NCBI GenBank assembly: GCA_040285855.1
Contig: JAUFOQ010000006.1
Span: 1,054,001-1,118,000, forward strand
Length of the DNA: 64,000 nucleotides
Direction: 5' to 3'
DNA from: Eukaryota sp. GEM-RC1
Lineage: Eukaryota
Shown here: piece by piece, positions 11,285 to 24,216 of the stretch
Layout: every line of letters starts with the position of its first letter
Position numbering within the stretch: the first letter of the stretch is position 1
The notes under the pieces: model-generated
The model's database searches: none
The model's input: the letters and a program-made list of their open reading frames with translations, nothing else
Told to the model about the DNA's origin: nothing
Position numbers and translations under genes: made by a program

Positions 11285-12458
11285 TCATATCTTAAAGTAC
11301 TCAAGAAACCTAATACAAATAATTCCAACTATTGGAATCAATAAATTATCAGAAGACTGAACTAACAACTCAGAAATACAAGAAACAAAGCTCAAAATAA
11401 CAACAGAATAAAGAGGAAACTCAAGAGAATAATAGAAACTCAGAAAACGAAAAGACAAAAACAAGAAACAAAAAAAAGCAATGGAACCCTCAAAAGATCT
11501 GCCAGTATTGAATATTTTAACTTTTCCAAACATTTGGCCAAAAATCGCAGCAAATGCATCACCAATTCCTATAGTGACTAAGCCAGTAAATTGGAAATAT
11601 TGGAGAGGAAAAACTAAAAGTGAAGGGGAGAAATAGACCAAAAACCAGATAGAAATGAGATAGAACTAAAGTACCAGAATCTTTGTCGTCCTTGATGTAA
11701 TTCATAAAATTACACAACAGATTACCAAACACACCATTAAAAAATACACACAACACTTCAACAACAAAGAAGGCAATCATAACGAGCTGCATAGACAAAG
11801 TTAAAAAGTCTTGATTATTATAGGCTAAAACAACAGCGATAACTAAAGTAAAATGGAAAAACTTTCTGTAAATGGTGTTTGAGATCCTTTTAACTCTAGT
11901 GTTATTTGCACAAACAACAATAACCAACATCGTCAAAACAATGCCCATGTGGAAAGAGAGAAATATCGGGTTGTGTTTGAGCGAGTAGAGATGATTGAGA
12001 AAACGAAGAACACGGATCAAGAAGTCATGGCAAATGAAAGGAGAAAAGATGGCGAGACAGATGAAGCAACGGGTGAAGAAGCGAAGTCTTTGAAGAGTAA
12101 AAGTACCTGCAATTCTGAAGTAGACGCGAAACGACGCGTAGATGACAAAGGAAACAGATAGTCGAAGAAGAAGGGGATATACAATTGTTGATGAGAAGAA
12201 GGCCAAGTGAGGAGAGTACAAGACCAATGCTGAGATAATACTAGCCTCTAAATTAGAGAATGAGCCTGGGTAAGCAAACATTAAGAAACAGGAAAAGGGG
12301 AGACACATAACAGATTGGAAGAACAGAGCAGTCGCCGAGCAGCACACGAATAAAGTGCCAATAAGAACTGTACGGCGCAATATCAAGGCGCCGTCAAGCA
12401 AAGAAATGATCCATTGAAACACAAAAGACAAAACCAAATGGTGGTTCAAAGAATCCAT
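11285..12458 (-). CDS. DOLK: Dolichol kinase (frameshift near 11600)
   Basis: Polytopic membrane protein with [29 protein letters not shown] and DNLLIP. Confidence 0.85.
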
Positions 12459-12558
12459 TCAGTTGCTGACGGTAGAAAGACGGAAAAGGGGTTGCGTAAA
12501 GAGAAAATGGCAGAGATTCTTTTTAGAAGAGGGGAAAAAGTCCTTTCCTCCAATCGTC

Positions 12559-12856
12559 ATGCAAACTACCGCAATTGTCCGCCACAGAAGCCATGCTTCC
12601 AAGAAAGGAGCCGCTACCAAGCGCACCTCTTTCAGACGCTCTCTCATCCGTGAAGTCGCTGGTTTCGCTCCTTATGAGCGCAGAATTATGGAACTCATCA
12701 AACTTGGTTTTGATCGTCGCGCCCTGAGATTCGCCAAGAAACGCGTATGATTTTTTGTTTATTCTCTAATCATAGTTGGGAAGCCATGTCCGAGCTAAGG
12801 CTAAGAGAGAAGAGATCGGTAACGTTATCAGACTCCAAAGAACCAAGCCCCAATAG
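12559..12856 (+). CDS. RPL36: 60S ribosomal protein L36 (intron 12745-12775)
   Basis: [18 protein letters not shown]...[22 protein letters not shown] is restored by a 31-nt GT-AG intron. Confidence 0.95.
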
Positions 12857-13545
12857 GCTGTTTGTCCTAATTGGTATTGATATCTCCCGATCCCATATAG
12901 TCAAGTCTCCTATAGTAACTCATCTCGTCAGTATTTGTCACGTTAAGCACGATAAATATCTTCTTTTTGGCTTTAAATTGTTGGTGGTTAGTTTCTTTGT
13001 TGCTTGAAAGGATGCATAATACACTAATTGTTGCTACAACACCTGTACTTGAGAGTGTAGCTGTTGAGATAGAGGTTCCTGTTTATTATGGGAATCAATC
13101 CAATCTCATTTAGCTGTACTTTGATAGTCATTGGTTATTCTATTCACACAATTTTGCTGCCTTGTACATTGTTAATGAGACATCAAATCAATTGACTCTC
13201 AGTACAGTGTACTGAGAGCAGTACAGCTAATGTATATCGGTTTGCATAGAATTAGTGTACATAAAATAAGCAGTCAGAGTCCACATGCTATTTTTATAGG
13301 ATAATAATAGTAATCTTCTGATTATCAATATCAGATGACTAATCCAGAATAATGATATGAAACAACGAACACAGTCTGGTCCAAGATTGTTTTAAATCTG
13401 TGTTTGGATAACACCAATTAATATTGTACAATTTATTTGTGATCTAAAGTAATACTGTATATAAGAGTTTATTTGCAACAATAAATTAATACATGCTGTT
13501 TCAGAAAATAAATCTAAGTTGTGACTTCTATTCCCTGAATCGATA

Positions 13546-14421
13546 ATGTCAGAAGATATACCGGAGCTGCTTTCTTGCTCCATACACTTCGGCATCCTTC
13601 ATGAACCAGTCAGCCTTTCTTGCGGCCACACCTTCTGTTCAGATTGTATAAAACAATGGCAATCCCAGCGCAGTATCTGTCCTTTCTGCAGAAGCCCTAT
13701 TTTGAACCGGCAATTCTCAGTCAATTACGTCATACAATCTCTTCTAGATCAATACTCTGCTACTAATTCAGTATCTCCAACAGCTTTATCGACATCTGAC
13801 ATAACCCACAAGAACGACAAAATACGTCTTCTAATGGCAGAACTTCACAAACAATCCACTGAACACCAAGAACTGGCCCAAAAAGTTGATAATCTGACCA
13901 CCCAACTCAACCAATGTAATACACTGCTACATGAGAACAACATCGACATCCCTCTCATCAATGAAAAATCCTCCTTTGACTCTGTTATTCTTGGTCCTTA
14001 CATAACAAGGGTTTCTTCAAGAGAGATTATAAAAACAGGAGGAAGAACCAACTCGTTTAGCTTCACTCGTATAGTATGTCCTACTAATTCTGTTACTTTG
14101 AAACCTTCAGGATCTGATATTGAATCAATCACGGTAGCTTTCATTCATCCCAATGTGCTCCAGATGGATCCTAATGTTTTCGAATTTAGTTTTGTTGAAG
14201 GATTTAATTTTGGAGGTCATTTCATATCTCGAAGTCTTGATTGGGATCGTGATTGTTGCCCGAAGCTCACTGAGAGTGACACTGTAACTGTAGATATTAA
14301 GCATGGATTGGCTACGTTCAAAGTGAGTCATTCTGAGATGACTCGAACAATAGAAGTTGGAGAGGGCTGGGTTCTTGGAGTGGGAATCTATGCAACTTCT
14401 TGTGGAGTTGAAATTGTTTAA
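13546..14421 (+). CDS. RING-finger / coiled-coil protein (TRIM-like E3 ligase)
   Basis: CSIH...EPVSLSCGHTFCSDCI...CPFCR, then a coiled coil and a beta-rich C-terminus. Confidence 0.85.
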   Translation: MSEDIPELLSCSIHFGILHEPVSLSCGHTFCSDCIKQWQSQRSICPFCRSPILNRQFSVNYVIQSLLDQYSATNSVSPTALSTSDITHKNDKIRLLMAELHKQSTEHQELAQKVDNLTTQLNQCNTLLHENNIDIPLINEKSSFDSVILGPYITRVSSREIIKTGGRTNSFSFTRIVCPTNSVTLKPSGSDIESITVAFIHPNVLQMDPNVFEFSFVEGFNFGGHFISRSLDWDRDCCPKLTESDTVTVDIKHGLATFKVSHSEMTRTIEVGEGWVLGVGIYATSCGVEIV

Positions 14422-14919
14422 ATAGGAGGTCGATTTAATGATAACTGCCGTATTCACAGATATTTTTTTTCTTTATCCAGCTCATTCGGAAAAAATGATA
14501 TTTTCAAAAAAAAACTCTGTCATGTTACTTTAATTGGAGTCCAATTTGTGGTGTTTTTACCACTAAATTGTAATAAATGATTTGGATACTTTCCCGCCCA
14601 ACATGAACAACTCTGTTGGTTTAACGTCTGATTTAAATCAACAAAAGGGAAAAACAGTAACAACTGCCAAAGTGAAGATCTGTGTACCTTTTCAGCATGA
14701 TATACATTCATTACAGTGTAGTTTTCATAATAGTGATTTTGTAAGAATTAGTCGAAGCAACATACTCCCCAAGAATCAATGTACTACATGTACATTCCTG
14801 TGGAATTCAGATGGACAAGGATTGTCTGTAGGTCTTCTTGGTTTAGTTAATGTGTACTGTACATTTTGGCTTTTTCTAGATTTGTTCCTTATTCGTCCAT
14901 CCTCTTCCATTCTCTTCAC

Positions 14920-15171
14920 ATGACCTTCACAATAACCAAGAATGGTAATGTGACAAAATTAGCAAATACTGTTTCTGATTCTCTCATCAACAACCATACT
15001 GTTACTCTCCGTGCTTTTGGAGAACCCATTACTAGGCTAGTATCTATCGTAGAGATTGTTAAGTCAAAGTCTGAACTCCCAGTAACCCAATCAAACGACC
15101 TCTCTTATCCTCTTATTGACAGCAAACATGTTTCTTGTTTAGAAATAACACTCTCCTCTGAAACCTCTTAG
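14920..15171 (+). CDS. Alba-fold protein (Rpp25/Rpp20-like)
   Basis: VTLRAFGEPITRLVSIVEIVK...SCLEITLS matches the Alba-family pattern. Confidence 0.65.
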   Translation: MTFTITKNGNVTKLANTVSDSLINNHTVTLRAFGEPITRLVSIVEIVKSKSELPVTQSNDLSYPLIDSKHVSCLEITLSSETS

Positions 15172-15439
15172 CTATTCTCAACTCTTTGTTTATGCTAGTC
15201 GTCTCTTTGACTTGTTGTCTAGTGTTTCCTGTTCAAGATGAGCTTTTTCTAACTCTTTTGGTAACCTTTCCGAACGGTGAAGAGATTGATCAATGAGAGT
15301 GTTGATTGCATTTGAATCACCTGTATTCGCTTTAAAGAACTGTTAATAGTCAGATACAAATAGACTAAGTTAATTGTAGCAAATTGACAAATCCATCGAA
15401 TAGTATTTACAACAATTCAATAAATAATTTATACATAAT

Positions 15440-17146
15440 CTACTTCAACTTCTTCTTCAACTTAGAATTCTCCTCCTTCACAGCCTTCAAATCCCCTCCC
15501 AGTTGCTCCACATTAAGTCCCTTCAACTTCTGCTGATCACTGCTCAACACAGTCTCACTTTCCCTCAGCTCAGAAGTCACGTCACCCAACTTCTTGATTA
15601 GTCGTGCAGCGTTGGCAAAAGACTTGTGCACTTCCTTTAGAGAATTCAGCAACTCCTTGAAAATCGGATCCTTTTTAGTTTCTGACAGCTTCAAAAGAGT
15701 ATCGTGAATATCCCTGTACTCCACTTGAAGACCTGTAGTACTGGTGGACAACTCTTTTTCCAATTCTCGAACATCATCTAAAATTTTCAAAATTTCAGTT
15801 CGTTGTTTTTTAACAGTCTTCTGAGCTTCTCGCATTCTGTAAATGTAGTAACTTCTTGGTTTAGCTGAAGTTCCCTTGTCCAGAGCTCTAGTTAGAGATT
15901 CTTCTTCTTGTTTCAGCTGCTGAACTTCAACTGCCAAATCCTTACCAGTCTTACGAAGAGATTTGTACACTGTCGACAAATTTTCGAAATTATTCAAATA
16001 TTGACTATTTGATTCATCCAGTTCCTGTCGTTTCTCTTCCAAACCCTTCACAGTTTCCTCTCCAGCACTTTTCATCTTCTCCAACTGTACACTCTTCTCG
16101 ACCACGTCACTCTGCAAACGTTCAGCGTTACCATCAACATCTTCTAACATCTCGACAATGACCTTTGCACGAGTAAACGACTTTTCAAGACTTCCCTTGA
16201 CTTCTTGTTCACTCGTGAGCTGCTCTTGAGTTTGATCGAATGCTTCTTGCAGTGATGTGAGTGATGATTCTAGGGTTGAGATCTCTTCAGTAAGTTTGTC
16301 GATTTCTTCTTCTAAAGTCTCTTCATTGTCAAGAGGACGGATTTTAGCATTAGATTCTTGAGTGTCTGTACCAAAATCAGAAACTAACGCGAATCGGCCT
16401 TTTTGGTCTGATGTGAAGGTCGATGATGACGATTGTGATTGCAGAGAAGAGATCAAATCATCCAATAGCTTCTTAGAAGACGTCTTGTCTTTTTGATTAG
16501 ACTTCAAACGTTGTTTGGTTGCCTCAATGGTCTTCTTTAAATTGTTAATGAATTCCAGAGATGGCGCTTGATCAATGGTTTCGTCTTCCAGCTCCTTCAG
16601 AGAGAGGACATTAGCAATGGAGAGAGCTAGTACAGGAGAGAGATGGGTAGTGGATGACTCAGAAATAAAGGAGGATGAAGGTGACAAATAGGATACAGAA
16701 GGTAGGTGATCAACTGGAGAAGAAGGTGCAAGAGACCAATCAGCAACGGCAGCAGTTATCCGCGATAGAAGTAGGTTTTCTGAAGAGGAGGATACTGTGG
16801 ATGAGACTTTGGGAAGGTTTTCAACGATCCAACGAAGTAGATTACGCACTGGTTCTTCAACTGGATAGAGGAAAGTTTGGTAACCAAGGTCTCCAATGTA
16901 GCCAGCTTCTTTGATTATGTTAGCCAATGCAGTACATGATTTGAATTTAGTAGTCATTGGTAGATCACTGGGAAGAGTTTGAGGTAGATCAGTTAGATCA
17001 GGATTGATGAGTTGTAAACAATGAGATACGATTGAAACTAAAACAGATGAAGTGACGTCTTTAAGTGATGTAAGGTCCTCGATGGGTGCTCCTACACTCC
17101 GTAGTGTTGAGAAAGTGATCTCATCAGCCTCAGAAGTGAAGTCCAT
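15440..17146 (-). CDS. CCDC22: Coiled-coil domain-containing protein 22 (CCC/Commander complex)
   Basis: EADEI...LRSVG, GYIGDLGYQTFLYP, RSYY..R....K.VKKQ..EI.KIL.D, long coiled coil. Confidence 0.9.
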   Translation of the reverse strand: MDFTSEADEITFSTLRSVGAPIEDLTSLKDVTSSVLVSIVSHCLQLINPDLTDLPQTLPSDLPMTTKFKSCTALANIIKEAGYIGDLGYQTFLYPVEEPVRNLLRWIVENLPKVSSTVSSSSENLLLSRITAAVADWSLAPSSPVDHLPSVSYLSPSSSFISESSTTHLSPVLALSIANVLSLKELEDETIDQAPSLEFINNLKKTIEATKQRLKSNQKDKTSSKKLLDDLISSLQSQSSSSTFTSDQKGRFALVSDFGTDTQESNAKIRPLDNEETLEEEIDKLTEEISTLESSLTSLQEAFDQTQEQLTSEQEVKGSLEKSFTRAKVIVEMLEDVDGNAERLQSDVVEKSVQLEKMKSAGEETVKGLEEKRQELDESNSQYLNNFENLSTVYKSLRKTGKDLAVEVQQLKQEEESLTRALDKGTSAKPRSYYIYRMREAQKTVKKQRTEILKILDDVRELEKELSTSTTGLQVEYRDIHDTLLKLSETKKDPIFKELLNSLKEVHKSFANAARLIKKLGDVTSELRESETVLSSDQQKLKGLNVEQLGGDLKAVKEENSKLKKKLK

Positions 17147-17458
17147 GACAGAAATACGTTTGAGAAAATTATGTGCTGTACTTCGATCTAAATTAGTGAC
17201 CCTGAATTAGAAATTGCCATCGAGTCGCCCTGATTAAACAGATATACAAGAATACATTTAGCTATACTGAAACAAATAATTCTGAAAGAAACGCTTGACA
17301 TTCGAAGTAATCACGCCCCAATAATATTAATCACACAAGATGACAAAGGACATTATTACATGTAGTGTATCAGCAAGAACAGTAACAAAGCGATATTTTT
17401 AACAGTAAAGTTTACACATTCGCTTAGTAAACTAAACACATTTGCTTCTTCCAAAGAA

Positions 17459-18911
17459 ATGCCTCCTAAACCATCGTCTTTTGATGAAGCTAAGGACTAT
17501 GTCCTACAAGTATTGGAAGAGAACAACACTCTTGCAAAAATACAGGCTGACATTCGAGCTGCTGTCAGTTCTGCAGTTCTAAGCACATCTTCCTTTAAAT
17601 CACATCCACCCAGTCGTCTCAGCAATCCTGATATAAGGTCTACTCTTTCTCTTATCTATGAGTTTCTTGACTTCTTTGACCTATCACATACTTCATCCAT
17701 TCTGTCTAAAGAATTGAATGACAACCATGACCATCCTACACGCTCTGACTTAATCTCTACTCATCTTGCCCCTCGTTCTTTAAACCCTTCATCTAATGAA
17801 CCTGTTCTTGTAACTCTAATATCCAAATCTTCTTCACACAACTCTCCACCATCTATACCTCCTCAGCTATCACCCCGTGATTCTGCTCACATTTCACCAG
17901 CCTCAGACCGTTCTCCTTCTCCTCCCTCTCAATTCCCCTCTAACTCTCCATTTTCCCCTTCCCATCGTTTTGCTCCTTCTTCTACCTCCTCAACTGACCT
18001 TACTACTGATATACCTAAGGTCGAGAACAATGATAACGCTTCTGACCATTCTCCTCCATCACTTCACCCTTCTCCTCTTCCCCCATCACCTCTGACTGTT
18101 GACGTGGATGAAGGTGAGGCTTTCTTTGGTCCTGGATCTCCCCGTCTCTCAGCAAGTGACATTAGTGACGAAATATCTCGAATTATAGATGAATCTGATA
18201 ACTCTATTGACAACTCAATTGATATTTCAGAAGATGAACAACCAAAAGACGATAACATCAATACCTTTGAATCTTCCACTCAACTCGAGTCCAAGACCTC
18301 CCCCTCCACAAAACTCTCTTCAAATCCCTCCCATTTCTGACCTCTCTAAACATAGCCACGATTCAGATGGTGATAATGAGTTTTCTCAATCAGAAAGTGA
18401 TCCAGTGAGTGAGCCATCATCGTCGAAGGTTCAAGATGACGTGACAGGTACGTCACCTAAAGTTGATTCGTTATTGTTTTTGAAATCAGCATCTTCGATT
18501 AATTCTGTCGCAGGATCTTTACCTAAGTCTGGTTCTAAATTAGCACCATTGTCAAGTAAACCTAGAGTTTCGTTACCACCACTATCTGATTTAGGCAAGA
18601 AGAAACCGGAAGAGAAGAATTCTTTTGAAGTCTTTGATGATGACGATTTGGACGCTCAGTTCTCTGATTTCTCAGATGATTCTACAGGGACTCCGACGAC
18701 TAAGCTAGCTAAACTTGATCAGGAAATTAAACGAATTGAGGCTGAACATGGCTTGGATGATGACGATTCTTTGAATTTGGGAAAGTCGACGAGTTCTTTG
18801 AGGGTTGATGAGCCTTCTATAAGTGGTGAGCTCAATCGAACTGACGTGATTGACCTTGACGATATTCCGTCGTTTGATTCGTTGTCTGATTTTGATGATG
18901 ATTTCAGTTAA
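17459..18911 (+). CDS. FOP/CEP43-like LisH centriolar protein (frameshift near 18300)
   Basis: LEENNTLAKIQADIRAAV...LIYEFLDFFDLSHTSSIL.KE N-terminus, then an S/P/D-rich tail over two frames. Confidence 0.7.
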
Positions 18912-19494
18912 TTTATTAATTCTTGCATAAAACTTTACTGTACTTTAGTTACATTTTTCATTAGTTTATATCAAAAATATCACTTTGGGGTTCAAGACCA
19001 TGTCATGGAATAGTATTGTTAATTTTGTGTACGTCTTTAAATTGTATCTATCTTTAAGAGATTCCGATTTTTTATTTGAACAGGTGTCTGAAACATTTAC
19101 ATGTACTTATGATCGACACTCAGCAAAAATTACTCATCGTGTAGTACAAAGTGTAAAACGAAAGCATCCAATCAAAATTACAAAAAGATGGAAAGATGCC
19201 TACAGACATCCCTGTATTTAACCACAGTGATTGAGAAAATTCCTTAATAGCACTACAGAATGGATTTATGTGTGATGAAAAACACACAACAAGAAAACAA
19301 CAAATAAATAAAGACTATTAAAAGAAGATATCAAATACTACCGAAGTAACAGATTCGTCTGCCAGTGAATATGTATTGTTGCTTTTGAATTGCGCAACTA
19401 GAACAACGGAAAAATTCTTTCACCGTGAAAGAAGTAACTACATGTAGGTTCTTCATTTCTATGTCCAAAAAGAAATACAACGAGTGAAATTAAA

Positions 19495-20880
19495 CAGTGT
19501 TGCGCCATTGTTTGCCATACACGTATGGACTCCCATACGTCCATACGCCCATACGCGTATGGCATTTTCTTTATTTGCCATACGCATTTTGACTACATGT
19601 ATCTGTATTTGAACTTCTTCGACAAAGAGACTCTATGACTTGTTTATAATTATGTAGATAAATAAACGTTATTGAAAACCAAACCTCCACATCATCTGAT
19701 GCTTGAATAAGAGAATACCTACTATGATATGCGTAGGAAGGAAAAGACCAGGCCCTCTCATAAGATAATTTAAAATAATTTGATCATCCAAAAGTGCCAA
19801 AAATAAATGTGAAATAAATATAATTAAAACAAAATAAAACCCAAATAAAAACAAAATATTTTATTAGTACATCTAATCTGAGTCACTATCGATGAATACA
19901 CAATCAATTTGATCATCCATGTCTTGTCGAAAAAGGTTAGTTGAATTTCTGCTTTGTATAAGTGCTCTCAATGTGTCGCCACCACATGTGGATCTTCAAC
20001 ATTAGTTCAATATCAACATCGTAAACGATCATGAGTATCCTTCACTGATCATACGCCCGGATATAGCTGTGGGATTGGCTTAGAACATAGATAAAGGCTC
20101 GTCTGCATCGGTTAGGCTCGACACTGAAATGGCAAAGTTTGAGGAAAAATGACTTGACTTTGATTCTGGGCTGAGCATGAGTATTTCACACATCATGTTT
20201 CAAGTCAATCAACAACCTTGAGCACTAAATTAACCGATGTATAATATAGATCAATGAAGTTTACTTTCCGACATTTAATTTATATTTATTTATATTTTGT
20301 TTTATTTTGTTTTATTTGCACGATCGACAAAAAGGCTCAAAAATAAATAGAAATAGAAATAAATAGAATTTATATTTATTTATGAGGAGCCCTGGAAAAG
20401 ACTAAAGTAAACAGTACAATTCTACGATAAGGCTACTATCACATCCATCTCATTGGAAAAATTATCACCATCAGGATACCATCTCTGCTTCCATTGCTGG
20501 ATGTTTTTGATCTGAGTTCCATTGATGTGTATAGAAACCAGTTTTTGTACGTTCCATTATAAGTCTGTTTTTGTTTTTATCTCAGAAATTCTGTTCTATA
20601 AAGTGAACAAACTACAAAAAGTCTGTTTCATCGTTTGTTGTGAATGAAGGAGTATGTACTCAAACTCTTTCACAGGATTCTACAGAGCATACTTGTTTTA
20701 ATAATTTGATGACAAATTGAAGTGTATGAGATGGTATTTGAACATTATGAAGTTAAGTGATGTTGGAAAGATTTTGCTCGATATGGCTTGTCAGCCATTG
20801 TCAGTCATTCTGCCATTCCACCATACGTCCATACGCCCATACGCGTATGGCAAATTTATTTTGGTTATGGCGCAACACTG
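19495..20880. mobile_element. Non-autonomous hAT element
   Basis: 14-bp TIR CAGTGTTGCGCCAT, 8-bp TSD AAATTAAA (19487-19494, 20881-20888), CCATACG subterminal repeats. Confidence 0.9.
19749..20394. mobile_element. Nested hAT element
   Basis: Imperfect TIR CAGGCCCTCTCATAA / TTATGAGGAGCCCTG, 8-bp TSD GAAAAGAC (19741-19748, 20395-20402). Confidence 0.85.
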
Positions 20881-20922
20881 AAATTAAACGACGATATCAT
20901 TTTTCTGCTCAATCTATAGCTG

Positions 20923-21504
20923 ATGTCTGAACCGCTTCTCTATCCTTTTGGTTATAACAAACCATCTTCCTCAAATAAAGCATGCTGGAAATGTCTACTC
21001 ATCATCATCATTATAGCTTGGCCGCTAATAGGAGCTTACCACTACATTGACCTTGGATTGCGATTCCCTGAGATGAGTTATATGGTCGATGTCACCAGTT
21101 CAGATACCAAGATTAATGTCGGTACTTATGCCGTCGATCCTCTACAAGAAAGATTCTATGCATCCACTGGATTTCTTACCTTTAAAACTGAATTATGGTG
21201 TACAAAAGATACTGCTTTCACCAAAGTTTTGGGGAAGTGTTTTGGAGTCAGCTTTAACTGTAGGACGCTTATCGAATCTCTTATGCCTAAAATCCCTCAC
21301 AAAGCCAAGAAGACAGGCAAGACAAAAGTTGTTGATGCTATTGTGGGCAGCCGAACGTGTAACTATTACAGACACAAGACAGAAAGCTGGTGTGCTGTCA
21401 ATTCTTCGATCTTTGAGTATTGCATCGATGAATCATGTGTTTCCTTCGCAAATAGACGATCTATCTGGTTCAAGCGTCCCTTCAAGTGTGTGCCTGATGC
21501 TTAA
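20923..21504 (+). CDS. Hypothetical type II membrane, Cys-rich protein
   Basis: 193-aa ORF with one N-proximal hydrophobic helix and many Cys. No family recognised. Confidence 0.65.
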   Translation: MSEPLLYPFGYNKPSSSNKACWKCLLIIIIIAWPLIGAYHYIDLGLRFPEMSYMVDVTSSDTKINVGTYAVDPLQERFYASTGFLTFKTELWCTKDTAFTKVLGKCFGVSFNCRTLIESLMPKIPHKAKKTGKTKVVDAIVGSRTCNYYRHKTESWCAVNSSIFEYCIDESCVSFANRRSIWFKRPFKCVPDA

Positions 21505-21763
21505 GTGTAATTGTATTTATATGTTTTGTATATATCTTGTCAATAGTCTGCAGCAAATATAGATTTGATGACTCTTTTGTTCATCATTTGTGTTCACATT
21601 CACTCGTGGATAGTTACACACATTCATTCTGTTTCTGTTGAGTACTACATGTATAAGAGATATATTTGTTTGGTGTTTCCATTATTTTTGTTGATTCATC
21701 ACTTTAAACAAGATCAATTTTTGTGTAATTCTTGATGCCAACGAATCTATATGATCTTCGGCA

Positions 21764-22692
21764 ATGACCATATGCTTACAACACTCACTTCTAGTTCGTG
21801 TCCTTTCTCATATTCTAAAAAGCTTTTTGGCATCTACTTTTGATCATGATCGTCTGAATCCTCGACAATCCTTTCACCTACTTGTTACTACTTTACCTCG
21901 TCTATTTGTTAAAGTTGGCTACACTAGCCATCGGTTTTTGAATCAACTTTTCTTACAGTCCATCTACTATTTGAAACGAATACTTTTCACGTAACTTCCA
22001 GTGACTTTCCTCTTCTCTCTGCTATCGCTTCCTTTTTCAAAACATCTCTACAGTCTGTCTTTTTACATGTCGATGGTTCGTTTCAAGCAAACCAGTTTTA
22101 CCATTCTTTTCCTGTTATCTCAAGCTTAAGCTTAATTCTGAAACGAACATTGTCCTTTGATTTCTTGGACGAAATGACTCAACTTAGATTTCTTGATATA
22201 TTTATTGAAGATGACGATGATAAACTTGTTCCGACTTTGACTGAAGCTTTGAAACATAACTCAACAATAGACTTGATCGACCTGGGGTATAACTCATTTG
22301 GTGACAAGGGCTGTGTAGAGTTTTCAGAAGCATTGAAGGTGAATTCGACATTCACAAAAGTTGACCTTAAAAATAACTCTATTGGAAATGAAGGTACCTT
22401 TGCATTGGCTGAAGCGTTGATGGTCAATTTTAGAGTTACTGAAATCGATCTGGGGACTAACATTATTGAATATGAAGGTGCTATTGCGTTATCAGAAATG
22501 TTGAGGTTAAATTCAACGCTAGTCAAGATCGTTTTGAAGAGTAATTCTATTGGAAATCAAGGTGTTTTATCACTAGCGGAAGCTTTAGAAATTAATTCCA
22601 CAATTGCAGACGTAGATTTAAGATATAATTTGATTGATACTGAAATCAGTGAACGTCTTGAAAGAATTTCCAATGATCGACTTCTGATTTGA
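21764..22692 (+). CDS. RI-type (NLRC3-like) LRR protein with F-box-like N-terminus (frameshift near 21935)
   Basis: Repeats L.EALK.NST...DL..NSIG.EG. Adding one T in the run at ~21935 joins the N-terminal ORF (TSHRFF) to the LRR frame. Confidence 0.8.
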
Positions 22693-22828
22693 AAACATTT
22701 CTTTCAACAATCGCTTTTTATTGTTTTATTCGACTTTTCTTTCAATATTGTTATTAAAACCCTGATTTCCTTCATCCCACTCTATTCTTGTTTGAGTAAT
22801 TATTTGTATGTTTTACTAAAAACAACTT

Positions 22829-23190
22829 GAAACTGCTGAAAGGAAAAAATTAAATCGTTATGGCGAATTAATTTCCAAGATGAATTCTCGCCGACACAAT
22901 CCTTTTGTTTTCCATCCTTTTGCTATTTCTCTTTATGGAAAGTTTGATTGCTTCGGTCAACAATTTCTCACAGATTTTGGCAAATTGTGTAAGCAGTATG
23001 GAAAGAATTTTAATGAAAGTTACTGGAGAGGAAGGTTGTCGTTTTCCCTTTTCAAAGCACTGTTTAGGTATTTTGATTCGATTTTGAACCGTCTCTTTGC
23101 ATTGAGTCATGAATTTGAGATGATGTAGAGGTATTTGTATCTCATTTGTTAATATTGATGATAGTTTGTATTTGTAAGAGTAAATAAAAA
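22829..23190 (+). mobile_element. 3' fragment of RLE-type non-LTR retrotransposon
   Basis: AERKKLNRY...FHPFAISLYGKF...YWRGRLSFSLFK, homologous to the other copies in the window. Confidence 0.75.
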
Positions 23191-23345
23191 GCGTTTTTTT
23201 GTTCTACTATTTGTAAGTCGATATGAAGAAAACAAGCTTCATTCCGTTGTTATATACTGCAAAATCTTATGCCGTTCAGCACTGGATCCTGCAAAAAAGT
23301 GTTTTAAAATTAAAGGAAAGGCGATTCGATTAGTTCTCCACAAAA

Positions 23346-23417
23346 GGCCTCGGCCGGGATTTGAACCCGGGACCTCTCGCACCCTAAGCGAGAATCATAC
23401 CCCTAGACTACCGAGGC
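23346..23417 (-). tRNA. tRNA-Pro(AGG)
   Basis: 72-nt cloverleaf GCCTCGG...CCGAGGC, anticodon arm CTCGC-TTAGGGT-GCGAG, GGTTCAAATCC T-loop, TTTT terminator immediately after. Confidence 0.97.
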
Positions 23418-24216
23418 ATGAACTACGTTGTTCTGTTGTGAAGTTGGACCCAGTGATCTTCACAAAGAAAAATAATTAATTGTCTAACTAATTGTCTTCC
23501 AGGTCCTAATCCAAGCAAGGTTCCAATATCAAGATTGTACAGTAAAATATATGCTTGCATTGTTTCACTGATTTCTTAAAAATTTCTGATCTCTATATAT
23601 ACAGCCGCATAAAGCCATATTGGAATTGTTCTCAGATTTCATTTACTACTTGTACGAACGCCCTAGCCATTAGTGTTAATGGGACTGGATCACTTGACTT
23701 ACAAGTCTACTACGCAAGCATAACTAGAAATCTAGGACACAATGATAAAAAGTAAGTTTCTCAAGTTTACAGTAACTATATTTGTTCTACAGACACAAGC
23801 TTTAAGAAGCGTTCGATTTAACGGTGGTACATCATTTATGAACTGGTACAAAAAAATTCTAGCTTCAAATAGTCGATTGTTGGTTTTGGGTTTTATAAGA
23901 AAATGCAAGAAAGTGAACTGTAATTACTCAAATAATTGTAAAAGTGATCATTTAAAATCTAAGCTAATGTTCTCTCAAGTAGAAATATTTGTACGACATG
24001 TTTATTGTCTATTTCAATATCATGTCAATCGAATTATTAAAACACTGACAAGATCTTTCTAACTAACGTTGCTGTTAATTTACTGATTGATAGATTCTAT
24101 TAATAGAGCGCCGCGGTTTTTTATAACAACCTCAGAAAAAGTCAGGTGACGATTTCAACTACTAGTAGAAGATTCTCATTAAATTTGTTTTCACGTGATG
24201 TGTTCTCCATTCAATT

